64,000 bases of DNA from Macrostomum lignano. Taxonomy: Eukaryota. The translations under genes and the position numbers were made by a program. The notes under the pieces are model-generated. The model saw nothing but the letters and a program-made list of their open reading frames with translations, ran no database searches and was not told the DNA's origin. Positions 12,801 to 25,124 of the stretch are shown here, one piece after another (positions within the stretch are counted from its first letter, which is position 1; every line of letters begins with the position of its first letter). Location: contig NIVC01000746.1 of NCBI GenBank assembly GCA_002269645.1, positions 310,001 to 374,000 on the forward strand, written 5' to 3'.

Positions 12801-15800
12801 TTAAGTTTTTTTATTGCATTCTTTGTTGGCTTGCCACGGTGGGGGGGGGGGCGCTGATAGAAGAAGAGTCATTTAAAAATAAAAGGAGCACTATGTATAC
12901 ATAAAATAAAAGTCATGTCAAAGTTAAAAGATTCATTTGGGAATTGCTACGATGTCAAAGCTTGGAGGGAATCGTTATAGTGCTGTGATTCTTAAAGAAG
13001 GAATCACTTAAATGCCAAGGCTTAGGGAAGAAGAATTGCTGTGATTTCAAGGCTTTAGGTTGGGTGAAAGTTAGGTTTACGTCAGGTTTGGGTTGAGGGT
13101 TAGATTTTAGCGCGTTTCAAGGTTAACAGGGGATTTTTTAGATTTCAAGGTTTATGGGGGCATCGCTGACATGTCAAGGCTTACGAGGGGAATCTATATA
13201 TCTATCTATCTATAGCTGAGATGTCAAGGCTCACGGGGGAATAAATGAGATGTCAAGGCTAATGTCAGAAGCTACATGTAGTTTATTGGAAAAAAGTTAT
13301 TACATTATTTGTTGGCTCCTCACGGGAGGGATCGCTGATAGAAAAAGCGTAATGTAAAAAAAAGAAGCTTCATGTCGAAGTTAAGAGATTCATTTGGGAA
13401 TCCCTACGATGTCGAGGCTTGCAGGGAATCGCTATAATGCTGTAGTAGTGCTATAGACTCTTAGAGAGAATTACTGAAATTTCAATGCTTTAGGGTTAGG
13501 GTTAGGGTTAGGGTTAGGGTTAGAAAGTAGACAGATTTTTTAAGATTTCAAGGCTTATGGGAGCATCGCTGAGATGTCAAGGGGGGAGTTGATATGTTAA
13601 GGCTTGTGGGGGGGGGGATTGCTGACATGTCAAGGCTTACAAGGGTACTGGTAGCGTACTGAAGCATACTGGTAGAATTAGCTCTGAAAGAAGGCAAGTA
13701 TGGTTGAATTTCAATGTCTGTTATAAAATTCTGCACAAACATGTTTTATTGGTACATAAGCCTGGAATTAAAATGAGAATTCGATTCCTAGCCCCCCCTC
13801 CCTAAGAATTTTTTTTCATTTTAAAGGATTCGTCCCTTGCTTATTGGCCACCCCGAAGGGGGGCGCTAGATTGCTAGTCCTATATACTAAAAATGAGTTG
13901 TTTGTTTGTACGCAATCGATTAGAGAAAAAATGGCTGGACCGATTTTCTTCGAACTTGCACTGTTCGATCAGAAATTTTCCTGGGACGGTACATGCATCT
14001 TGGCTAAGAAATTGCTCCATGTTAAAGCGATTAAATATTCGAAAAACATGCTTTTTTGCAAAGGTCAAGCAAACTTTTCGACTTGAAATGCATTGTAAGA
14101 ATGCTAGAGAAAAAACTGACTGGTTGAATTCTGATTCTGAAATAGATTACATCATAACTGAATTGTAACTCCGACTTGAATTGCGTCACAGTATTGAAAA
14201 TGCAGTGTGGAAGCGTAGCACTGCAGACTTGATTTAGATTGCGCAACAATATTGTTAACTGATACTGACTGACTGAGAAATTGATTATGTAATAACTGCC
14301 TCGTGTGATTTACTCTATGCTTGGAGTTTTGAAACTTATAATTATAAGTGCTGAATTCATGTTATCAAAACGATGAGAGCTAGCCTAGAGGTAAACAGAC
14401 TGAACTGCTAAATGCAGAAACGATGGTTCGAATTTTTAGAGAGTAGAGTTTTTTTAATTAAAGCTTTTTAACGCCAAGAAAACTAAAAAAATCATAAAAG
14501 CGTCATGTAAAAAATCATAGAAGCGTCATGTAAAAAATCGTGGAAGTGTCATGTAAAAAATCGTGGAAGCATCATGTAAAAAGCATAGAAGCGTCATGTA
14601 AAAAATCATAGAAGCGTCATGTAAACAATCATAGAAGCGTCATGTAAACAATCATAGAAGCGTCATGTAAACAATCATAGAAGCGTCATGTAAAAAATCG
14701 TAGAAGCGTCATGAAAAAATCATTAAAGCGTCATGTAAAAATCATAGAAGAGTCATGTAAAAAATCATAGAAGCATCGTGTAAACAATCATAGAAGCGTC
14801 ATGTAAAAAATAAAAGAAGCGTCATGTAAAAATCAAAAAAACGTCATTTAAAAAATCATAGAAGCGTCATGTAAACAATCATAGAAGCGTCATGTAAACA
14901 ATCATAGAAGCGTCATGTAAAAAATCATAGAAGCGTCATGTAAACAATCATGGAAGCGTCATGTAAACAATCATATAAGCGTAATGTAAAAATCATAGTA
15001 GCGTCATGTAAAAAATCATAGAAGCGTCATGTAAAAAGCATAGAAGCGTCATGTAAACAATCATAGAAGCGTCATGTAAACAATCATAGAAGCGTCATGT
15101 AAAAATCATAGAGGTGTCATGTAAAAATCATTGAAGCGTCCTGCAGAAATCGTAGAAGCGTCATGAAATAATCATAGAAGCGTCATGTAAAAAATAAAAA
15201 AAGCGTCATGTAAAAAATCATAGAAGCGTCATGTAAAAAATCATAGAAGCATCGTGTAAACAATCATAGAAGCATCATGTAAAAAATCATAGAAGCGTCA
15301 TGTAAAAAATCATAGAAGCGTCATATAAACAATCATAGAAGCGTCATGTAAACAATCATAGAAGCGTCATGTAAAAATCATAGAAGCGTCATGTAAACAA
15401 TCATAGAAGCGTCATGTAAACAATCATAGAAGCGTCATGTAAACAATCATAGAAGCGTCATGTAAACAATCATAGAAGCATCGTGTAAACAATCATAGAA
15501 GCGTCATGTAAAAAATCGTAAGAGCGTAATATAAAAATCATAGAAGCGTCATTTAAAAAATCATAGAGGCGTCATATAAAAATCAAAAAAACGTCATTTA
15601 AAAAATCATAGAAGCGTCATGTAAACAATCATAGAAGCGTCATGTAAACAATCATAGAAGCGTCATGTAAAAAATCATAGAAGCGTCATGTAAACAATCA
15701 TGGAAGCGTCATGTAAACAATCATAGAAGCGTAATGTAAAAATCATAGTAGCGTCATGTAAAAAATCATAGAAGCGTCATGTAAAAAGCATAGAAGCGTC

Positions 15801-18800
15801 ATGTAAACAATCATAGAAGCGTCATGTAAACAATCATAGAAGCGTCATGTAAAAATCATAGAGGTGTCATGTAAAAATCATTGAAGCGTCCTGCAGAAAT
15901 CGTAGAAGCGTCATGAAATAATCATAGAAGCGTCATGTAAAAAATAAAAGAAGCGTCATGTAAAAAATCATAGAAGCGTCATGTAAAAAATCATAGAAGC
16001 ATCGTGTAAACAATCATAGAAGCGTCATGTAAAAAATCATAGAAGCGTCATGTAAAAAATCATAGAAGCGTCATATAAACAATCATAGAAGCGTCATGTA
16101 AACAATCATAGAAGCGTCATGTAAAAATCATAGAAGCGTCATGTAAAAATCATAGAAGCGTCATGTAAAAAATCATAGAAGCGTCATGTAAAAAATCATA
16201 GAAGCATCGTGTAAACAATCATAGAAGCGTCATGTAAAAAATCATAGAAGCGTCATCTAAAACATCATAAAAGCGTCATGTAAAAAATCGTAGAAGCGTC
16301 ATTTAAAAAATCATAGAAGCGTCATATAAACAATCATAGAAGCGTCATGTAAACAATCATAGAAGCGCCATGTAAACAATCATAGAAGCGCCATGTAAAC
16401 AATCATAGAAGCTTCATGTAAACAATCATAGAAGCGTCATGTAAACAATCATAGAAGAGTCATGTAAAAAATCATAGAAGCGTCATGTAAAAAATAATAG
16501 AAGCGTCGTGTAAACAATCATAGAAGCGTCATTTAAAAAATCATAGAAGCGTCATGTAAACAATCATAGAAGCGTCATGTAAACAATCATAGAAGCGTCA
16601 TGTAAAAATCATAGAAGCGTCATGTAAAAAATCATAGAAGCGTCGTGTAAACAATCATAGAAGCGTCATGTAAAAAATCATAGAAGCGTCATGTAAAAAA
16701 TCATAGAAGCGTCATCTAAAACATCATAAAAGCGTCATGTAAAAAATCGTAGAAGCGTCATTTAAAAAATCATAGAAGCGTCATATAAACAATCATAGAA
16801 GCGTCATGTAAACAATCATAGAAGCGCCATGTAAACAATCATAGAAGCGTCATGTAAACAATCATAGAAGCGTCATATAAAAATCATAGAAGCGTCATTT
16901 AAAAAATCATAGAAGCGTCATGTAAACAATCATAGAAGCGTCATGTAAACAATCATAGAAGCGTCATGTAAAAATCATAGAAGCGTCATGTAAAAAATCA
17001 TAGAAGCGTCGTGTAAACAATCATAGAAGCGTCATGTAAAAAATCGTGGAAGCGTCATGTAAAAAATCATAGAAGCGTCATCTAAAACATCATAAAAGCG
17101 TCATGTAAAAAATCGTAGAAGCGTCATTTAAAAAATCATAGAAGCGTCATATAAACAATCATAGAAGCGTCATGTAAACAATCATAGAAGCGCCATGTAA
17201 ACAATCATAGAAGCGTCATGTAAACAATCATAGAAGCGTCATATAAAAATCATAGAAGCGTCATTTAAAAAATCATAGAAGCGTCATGTAAACAATCATA
17301 GAAGCGTCATGTAAACAATCATAGAAGCGTCATGTAAACAATCATAGAAGCGTCATGTAAAAAATCATAGAAGCGTCATGTAAACAATCATGGAAGCGTC
17401 ATGTAAAAAATTATAGAAGCGTCATGCAAACAATCATAGAAGCTTCATGTAAAAAATCATAGAAGCGTCATGTAAAAAATCATAGAAGCGTCATCTAAAA
17501 CATCATAAAAGCGTCATGTAAAAAATCGTAGAAGCGTCATTTAAAAAATCATAGAAGCGTCATATAAACAATCATAGAAGCGTCATGTAAACAATCATAG
17601 AAGCGTCATGTAAACAATCATAGAAGAGTCATGTAAAAAATCATAGAAGCGTCATGTAAAAAATAATAGAAGCGTCGTGTAAACAATCATAGAAGCGTCA
17701 TTTAAAAAATCATAGAAGCGTCATGTAAACAATCATAGAAGCGTCATGTAAACAATCATAGAAGCGTCATGTAAAAATCATAGAAGCGTCATGTAAAAAA
17801 TCATAGAAGCGTCGTGTAAACAATCATAGAAGCGTCATGTAAAAAATCATAGAAGCGTCATCTAAAACATCATAAAAGCGTCATGTAAAAAATCGTAGAA
17901 GCGTCATTTAAAAAATCATAGAAGCGTCATATAAACAATCATAGAAGCGCCATGTAAACAATCATAGAAGCGCCATGTAAAAATCATAGAAGCATCGTGT
18001 AAACAATCATAGAAGCGTCATGTAAAAAATCGTAAGAGCGTAATATAAAAATCATAGAAGCGTCATTTAAAAAATCATAGAAGCGTCATGTAAACAATCA
18101 TAGAAGCGTCATGTAAACAATCATAGAAGCGTCATGTTAAAAATCATAGAAGCGTCATGTAAAAAATCATAGAAGCGTCATGTAAACAATCATAGAAGCG
18201 TCATTTTAAAAATCATAGAAGCGTCATGTTAAAAATCATATAAGCGTCATGTAAACAATCATCGAAGCGTCATCTAAAAATCATAGAAGCGTCATGTAAA
18301 AAATCATAGAATCGTCATGAAAAAATCATAGAAGCGTCATTTAAAAACTAATGAAAGTGTCATTTAAAAAATTAAGAAGCATCATAGTAGAATAAAAGAA
18401 GCGTCATGTCAGACATGAAAGGTGTCATGGAAAAATTAAATGCAGCTATAATGCTGTGCTGGGGAGAAAAACTGAGACGTCAAGGCACTCAGAGAATAAC
18501 TGAGATTACGGGGGGGGGGGTTTCTGAGATGTCAAAGCAAAAGTCAGAAGCTAATTCAAAGTTCATGTACTTTACTCAATTTTTTTTATTGCATTCTTTG
18601 TTGGCTCGCCACGGGAGGCGCTGATAGAAGAAGAGTCATGTAAAAATAAAAGTAGCACTAAGTATACATAAAAGAAAAGTCATGTCGAAGTTAAAAGATT
18701 CATTTGGGAATTGCTACGATGTCAAAGCTTGGTGGAAATCGTTATAGTGCTGTGATTCTTAAAGAAGGAATCACTAAAATGTCAAGGCTTAGGGGAGAAG

Positions 18801-21800
18801 AATTGCTGAGATTTCAAGGCTTTATGTTGGGTTAAAGTTAGGTTTAGGTCAGGTGTGGGTTGAGGGTTATATTTTATCGAGTTTCAAGGTTAGCAGGGGA
18901 TTTTTCAGATTTCAAGGTTTATGGGCGCCATCGCTGACATGTTAAGGCTTACGGGGGGAATAGCTGAGATGTCAAGGCTCACGGGGCTATAAATGAGATT
19001 TCAAGGCTAAAGTCAGAAGCTACATGTAGTTTATTGAAAACTTTTTATTACATTATTTGATGCCTCCTCAGGGATATGTTAAAGCTTGTGGGGGGGAATT
19101 ACTGACATGTCAAGGCTTAAAAGGTTTGATAGGAGATTTTTTAAGATTTCAAGGATACATGTAGCTTATTAAAAAAACGTGTATTGCATTTCTTTGGCTC
19201 CCCAACGGGGGGCGTAGATTGCTAGTACATAAGCTATTTTTTTAAATAAAGGCGGCTGAAATGACTTTGATAAGTTTAGAAGCCCAAGCTTGCAGGAGTA
19301 AACTACTTGCTAATTGGTTCAGCAGTAATGTACATTAGCCAGTCCACTGAAATGTACATGGCAGCTTTAGGCTGGAATTTCGAGAAAGGCAATAAAAATT
19401 GGGGCGGGTGGTTTAACTTGCTACTGAACTGAAAGTAGCTTACCCGCAAATATGCTGAGTGGCACATCTAGTTATTCTAGTATCTGTGAAGTCAGGGGGC
19501 CGTAGCCCAGCGGTAGCGCAGCTGCTCTGGTGTGCCAGCGACCCAGGCTCGATTCCAAGTGCAGTCACATTAATTTGGGGCTGAATTGGAATCTCGGCTT
19601 GGCTCTGCTCATGCAATTAACGGCCTTGAGAGCCAACCCCCCAAGGCGCAGTGAAGTGTACATGCCTAACGATAATATAAAGTTAGGGCCGCTGTACACT
19701 CCTGTGTGAGTGTGTGCCTGTGTACGTATCCGTGCGCTTGTGTGCCTGCTCAGGGGAGTCGGCGGAATGGGCAGTAATGCCTCTCGCCGGTTGTGTGCCT
19801 ATGTCGCTTAAAGTGCGCCAGGGTGCACACAACCCCCTGCCTCTAATAAAAATGGATCGCTACAGTATATTTATATTTATGTTTGCTTGGCTGAACCTCC
19901 ACGGAATACCGTATGTAAAAAACTTTTTTTGGTGTGCCGTACTGATAGTAGAAATATACAGGGAAAATAGACTAAGAAAATACTCAATAAAAATATGTTC
20001 GATACATGTACTATCTGGGGGCTTTATAAGACCGAAATTTCACAACGCGGAAAATTCTGCATGGTACTTGTTATTAAGTTTTCTACGATGTGAAGTTTCG
20101 GTTCTGTGAAGTTTCGGTCTTGTGAAGTTTCGGTCTTGTGAAGTTTCGTTCTTGTGAAGTTTCGGTCTTGTAAAGTTTCGGTCTTGTGAAGTTTCGGTTC
20201 TGTGAAGTTTCGGTCTTGTGACGTTTCCGTCTTGTGAAGGAACATGCAGTAGTTTTCGGTCTTGTGAAGGCAGGTGTCTTTTGGCGTTATGAAACTTTGG
20301 TCTTTTGAAAGGGACCCTACTGTCCAAGTAGACTAATAGTTTTTAGACACTACACTTATTATCCACAATAGCCTGCATCAATGATTAGCAGCCTCATTAT
20401 TCCAAGCCGTCCCGCGCCTCCCACTTCACAAGGGACTTCGTCAACTGGTACAACGGCTTCCCCGGCGCCGAGAACCTGAAAGTTGACCTGGCGGCAGCCG
20501 AGACAGCAGTTATAATCGGGCATGGCAACGTGGCGCTTGACGTGGCCCGCATCCTGCTGTCCAGCCCCGACCGCCTGCGCCGCACCGACGCCCCGGAGGC
20601 GGTGCTTCGCCGCCTAGCCGAGGAGTCCGAGGTTCGCCGAGTCCGTCTGGTTGGCCGGCGAGGCCTCCTGCAGGCGGCGTTCACCACGAAAGAGTTCCGC
20701 GAGCTGGCCCGCCTTGACGGCGTTGGTGTCTGTCTGGAAGGCGCGCCGTCCGCCGCCCAGCTGTCGCCGGAGCTGCTAGCTGGGCTGCCGAGACCGCGGC
20801 GCCGGCTTACTGAACTGGTAAATTAACATAGTTCTCATTTCCTTGTTTTTCCTATAATCATGGATTCCTCTCGTTTTATAGAAAGTCCACATTCTGAAAG
20901 CATGGATCCTAGAATCCCATCAATTTGTCCTTGAATTTCCCATCAACTAGCCCTAGAATATCCCATCAACTAGCCCTAGAATATCCCATCAACTAACCCT
21001 AGAATCCCATCAATTTGTCCTTGAATTTCCCATCAACTAGCCCTAGAATATCCCATCAACTAACCCTAGAATCTCCCATCAACTAGTCCTAGAATATCCC
21101 ATCAACAGCCCTAGAATCTCCCATCAACTAACTAACCCTAGAATCTCCCATCAACAGCCCTAGAATCTCCCATCAACAGCCCTAGAATCTCCCATCAACT
21201 AGCCCTAGAATATCTCATCAACAGCCCTATAATCTCCCATCAACAGCCCTAGAATCTCCCATCAACTAGCCCTAGAATCTCCCATCAACTAGCCCTAGAA
21301 TCTCCCATCAACTAGCCCTATAATATCCCATCAACAGCCCTAGAATCTCCCATCAACTAGCTCTAGAATATCCCATCAACAGCCCTAGAATCTCCCATCA
21401 ACTAGCTCTAGAATATCCCATCAACAGCCCTAGAATCTCCCATCACGGCCCTAGAATCTCCCATAAACTAGCTCTAGAATCTTCCATCAACTAGCCCTAG
21501 AATCTCCCATCAACTAGCCCTAGAATCTCCCATCAACTAGCCCTAGAATCTCCCATCAACTAGCCCTATAATCTCCCATCAACAGCCCTAGAATCTCCCA
21601 TCAACTAGCCCTAGAATCTCCCATCAACTAGCCCTAGAATCTCCCATCAACTAGCCCTAGAATCTCCCATCAACAGACCTAGAATCTCCCATCAACTAGC
21701 CCTAGAATCTCCCATCAACTAGCCCTATAATATCCCATCAACAGCCCTAGAATCTCCCATCAACTAGCTCTAGAATATCCCATCAACAGCCCTAGAATCT

Positions 21801-23284
21801 CCCATCACGGCCCTAGAATCTCCCATAAACTAGCTCTAGAATCTTCCATCAACTAGCCCTAGAATCTCCCATCAACTAGCCCTAGAATCTCCCATCAACT
21901 AGCCCTAGAATCTCCCATCAACTAGCCCTAGAATCTCCCATCAACTAGCCCTAGAATCTCCCATCAACTAGCCCTAGAATCTTCTTTCAACTAGTCCTAG
22001 AATCGCCTTTCAACTAGTCCTAGAATCTTCCATCAACTAGCCCTATAATACTCTTTCAACTAGCCCTAGAATCCCCTTTCAACTAGCCCTAGAATACTCT
22101 TTCAACTAGCCCTATAGTCCCCTTTCAACTAGCCCTAGAATCTCCCGTCAACTAGCCCTAGAATCCCCTTTCAACTAGCCCTAGAATCCCCTTTCAACTA
22201 GCCCTAGAATCCCCTTTCAACTAGCCCTAGAATACTCTTTCAACTAGCCCTATAGTCCCCTTTCAACTAGCCCTAGAATCTCCCGTCAACTAGCCCTAGA
22301 ATCCCCCTTCAACTAGCCCTAGAATCCCCTTTCAACTAGCCCTAGAATCCCCTTTCAACTAGCCCTAGAATCCCCTTTCAACTAGCCCTATAGTCCCTTT
22401 CAACTAGCCCTATAATCTCCCATCAACTCGCCCTAGACTCTTCCTTCAATTATAAAGTTGAAGGACTATTAAGGACTACATTCAATTTACTTTTGCCCCA
22501 TCCCTGTGCATGTGGCATCAAAAAATCTCTGTTACTTGAGTCCCCGACCCAGGGACTTAAGCTCCCATTGAAAGTTAACACATTCTACTTGCCCTGCCTT
22601 TCAATTTCCCCAATTTTTCAGGTGCTAAAATCGGCAGAGAACCCTGAAGTGGCAGCGCAGTCGCCGCGCCAGCTGACTCTGCATTTCCTTCTGTCTCCAT
22701 TGGAGTTCCTCGCATCGGCAGCTTCTCCCCATCGGGTCGGCTCCGTCCAGTTCAAGCGGAATCGCCATTCGCCAGCAGATTCGCCCACCTCGGACAAAGT
22801 CGAAGCCACGGACGAGTTGGTCGGCCTTGACTGCGGCCTCGCTGTTGTCAGCGTCGGCTACGAGAACGTCGCCCTGGACCCGCTAATCCCCATGGACAGT
22901 CGAACTGGCGTAGTTGCCAATGACAACGGCAAAATTAGCGGCCTTGACAACGCTTACTGCGCCGGCTGGCTTAAAACCGGACCATCTGGCGTGCTGCTCA
23001 GCACCATGTCGGACAGCTTCCACACTGCTCAGCGCCTGCTAGAGGATCTGAACTCCGGCCGGCTGCCTACCGAGTCCAGAACCGGCCGTCTGGCACTTGT
23101 CAAAGAGCTGCGATCTCGAGGCGTCCGCTACACCACCTTCGCCGACTGGGAGCGGATCGACGCCGCCGAGCAGCGGAGCGGCCGATCTTTGGGGAAGCCG
23201 CGCGAGAAGATTCTGTCTGTTGACGACTTTCTGCGCGCGGCAAGCGACAGCAGCGAGTTGGACGATGGAGACGGTCGGGCGTAA
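6885..23284 (+). CDS. FDXR: NADPH:adrenodoxin oxidoreductase (ferredoxin reductase), mitochondrial; 4 exons, 498 aa
   Basis: Exons 6885-7058, 7752-8026, 20433-20817, 22622-23284 join in frame through GT-AG introns (1497 nt). Transit-peptide-like N-terminus, VAIVGSGPA (FAD), LPVPFGLVRYGVAPDHP, FVNWYNG, IGHGNVALDVARIL (NADP), GWLKTGPSG, DWERIDAAE...GKPREK. Confidence 0.97.
7255..7680. repeat. 21-bp minisatellite in FDXR intron 1
   Basis: Tandem aataatcctgatccccacctc-like units. Confidence 0.9.
8129..8486 (+). mobile_element. tRNA-derived SINE, copy 1, with 15-bp TSD
   Basis: A-box-like TAGCCCAGCGG, B-box-like GGCTCGATTCC, AATAAAAAA tail; TSD AAAGTTTCAAGTCAA at 8114-8128 and 8487-8501; close paralogue at 19495. 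Confidence 0.85.
9195..10645. repeat. 23-bp satellite (aaagagccaccatgtcaaacatt) in Helitron unit 1
   Basis: Tandem degenerate units visible directly. Confidence 0.95.
10646..10995. repeat. ~17-bp repeat (gggggtgcttgctatct) in Helitron unit 1
   Basis: Tandem units; the reverse complement recurs at ~52690-52810. Confidence 0.9.
11280..12640. repeat. 22-23-bp satellite (catagaagcgtcatgtaaa(c/a)aat) in Helitron unit 2
   Basis: Tandem units; includes an internal ~300-bp duplication near 12000-12630. Confidence 0.95.
13490..13519 (+). repeat. Interstitial (TTAGGG)5
   Basis: Five perfect TTAGGG hexamers. Confidence 0.9.
14490..18350. repeat. 22-23-bp satellite array (~3.9 kb) in Helitron unit 3
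   Basis: Same unit as 11280-12640, with apparent higher-order periodicity. Confidence 0.95.
19495..19852 (+). mobile_element. tRNA-derived SINE, copy 2
   Basis: Collinear and highly similar to 8129-8486; same A/B boxes and AATAAAAA tail; no 3' TSD seen. Confidence 0.85.
20090..20270. repeat. 16-bp repeat (cttgtgaagtttcggt)
   Basis: About ten tandem units, probably part of a small non-autonomous element. Confidence 0.8.
20945..22435. repeat. 23-bp minisatellite in FDXR intron 3
   Basis: Tandem ccctagaatctcccatcaactag. Confidence 0.95.
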
Positions 23285-23344
23285 CAGGCATGCCTAGGCT
23301 GAGATGACGTCATAGTTTTTAGTATTGCCGCACTTAGTTTGAAG

Positions 23345-23781
23345 CACAGATACTAGAATTAACTAGATGGGCCACTCAGCACATTTCAAGCGTGCAAGCT
23401 ACTTTCAACTGAAGCGTTTTAATGTATTTTTAGAGACACGGCTTAGTAATTGGCTCTCACTCCTCCCCCCAAGCTTAAACCCTCAAACTCCACACCGAAC
23501 CTCTACCCCTGCTCCGCCGCTCGATTTTTATTACCTCCCGCGTTTGTTCCAGCCTAAATCTTCCTTAACACTTCAGTGGCTAATGTACATTATGGCTGAT
23601 CCAATTAGCCAGCTGTTTACGACTACAACGCTTGGCTTTTTAACTTATCAAAGTCATCTCAGCTGCCTTTATTCTTATAAAATAGCTTATGTATTCTTCT
23701 TTGCTACTGAACTGAAAGTAGTAAGCTGTTTTACTAACTATATATGCCTGAGTGGCCCATCTAGTTATTTTATCATCTGTG
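23345..23781 (+). mobile_element. CACAGAT-TIR MITE with 8-bp TSD, 60 nt after the FDXR stop
   Basis: ~34-bp TIR CACAGATACTAGAAT(T)AACTAGATGGGCCACTCAG; TSD GTTTGAAG at 23337-23344 and 23782-23789. Confidence 0.9.
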
Positions 23782-25124
23782 GTTTGAAGTACAACTACTA
23801 GTAAAATAACTCCGATGGGAGATGATCAGTCGACGAGTTCTTTCGATAATGGTGCGCCATTATCAACCATTGGATAATTTATTCTGTGCTTTGTTTGTTA
23901 TTTCTTTTATGTTTGCATTTGTGCACCTGCCTGATGTAAATTTTATTGGAAATAGCACGAAGCCCCCTAAAAAGACTCCTATAGGCAGGTCTAATTTTTC
24001 ATGTGCTAATTCTAATATGCTGATTGTTAGAGTTCTTTCTATGGCAAATAAAATGAGTTATAGTGATTACTTATTATTGAGTGATTCTTTAGTTCGTTTT
24101 TATTATTATTTAGCTAATTTTAAAAGATTACAATTTGTCATTGCTGCCGAACCTCAAATTGTACAATAAAAATCCGAAAATACACACGCTGCCCTATTGC
24201 TGATGCCTTTATTTCGAAGCAACAGTAAGCATTTCAATTAATACGTTTGGTTTTATGGGACAGGAGGACTGAAAATTTGATTATTTCTCTTAAGACCGTA
24301 AAATCAATGATTTTAAAAGCTTTATGTCAAAGTTTTTCGAATAAGGAATTTACCTACATTTTGCAGTTCGACAGTCATTTGTGCAAATAATTGGTTATGT
24401 GTAATTTGTATAAAACAATGGACGCAAAAAGCCCCGTTGCATACAGAATTACTGGAATTAACCTGGTGATGGTCATTTCAGAAACAGTGTTTACAAAGAG
24501 GCTTTTCATATTACCAATTCCAGAATCAGAATCGGTTCGGATCTTCCAAGAAAAACAGCAGTATAACTATTTAATTCTGTTGAATGTTTGACTGCCTTAA
24601 CCACCAAGAAGAAGGTGAAAAATTGTGCTAAATGAGGTTGTTGTCATTCAATAATAAAAACTTTATAGCACGTATCTCCCTCTAGTTATGGAGACAAAAA
24701 GTTATACTTCACAAATTGGTTCTGGTTCCAGAACCAGAACAAGCAATATGAAAAGGCCCAAAGATGCTGTATTCATGCATAGTTTTATCGTTTGCTTGCA
24801 CTACCAGAACTCGCAGGGGCTTAACTAGCCTACTAATAGCTTCCCCTCTATCTACAAATTTCTTTCTCAGCAGGTTAGGCATGAAACTCTAAATTGATGT
24901 TGCATTCTATTGTGGTCGTTACTCGATAGGTTATATGAAGTATTCATAATGATTTCTAGGGCACTTGGTTTTTTCGGATAATAAAAATTATATATATGCA
25001 TATATTCCTAATTCATAAAATCTTAAAATAAGCGATATTTTAATGCTTTAATGCTTTGTTAAACTCTGTCGCGTAAAATGTACACTAGAAATCTTTAGAT
25101 TTTTAAATTCCCTACTGGCGACAT

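Larger units (their letters stand above)
8591..19225 (+). mobile_element. Non-autonomous Helitron array (8591-11144; 11145-13877; 13878-19225)
   Basis: 5' TC(C/T)ATATACTAAAAATG-type ends at 8591 and 13878. Three 3' ends with a GC hairpin (CCCC-nnn-GGGG) followed by CTAG at 11144, 13877 and 19225. Inserted at A|T with no TSD; CTAG|TC junction at 13877/13878. No Rep/helicase ORF seen. Confidence 0.85.
8503..19488 (-). mobile_element. CACAGAT-TIR MITE (inverted copy) split by a Helitron array
   Basis: 8503-8590 and 19226-19488 together rebuild the reverse complement of the intact MITE at 29129-29540 (...AAGAAGAA|TACATAAGC...). TIRs at both outer ends. Confidence 0.8.

Noticed and set aside
23822-24800. 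115-aa plus-strand ORF and short hydrophobic minus-strand peptides
   Set aside because: AT-rich, unlike the codon style of the real genes; no coherent exon chain or homology recognised.
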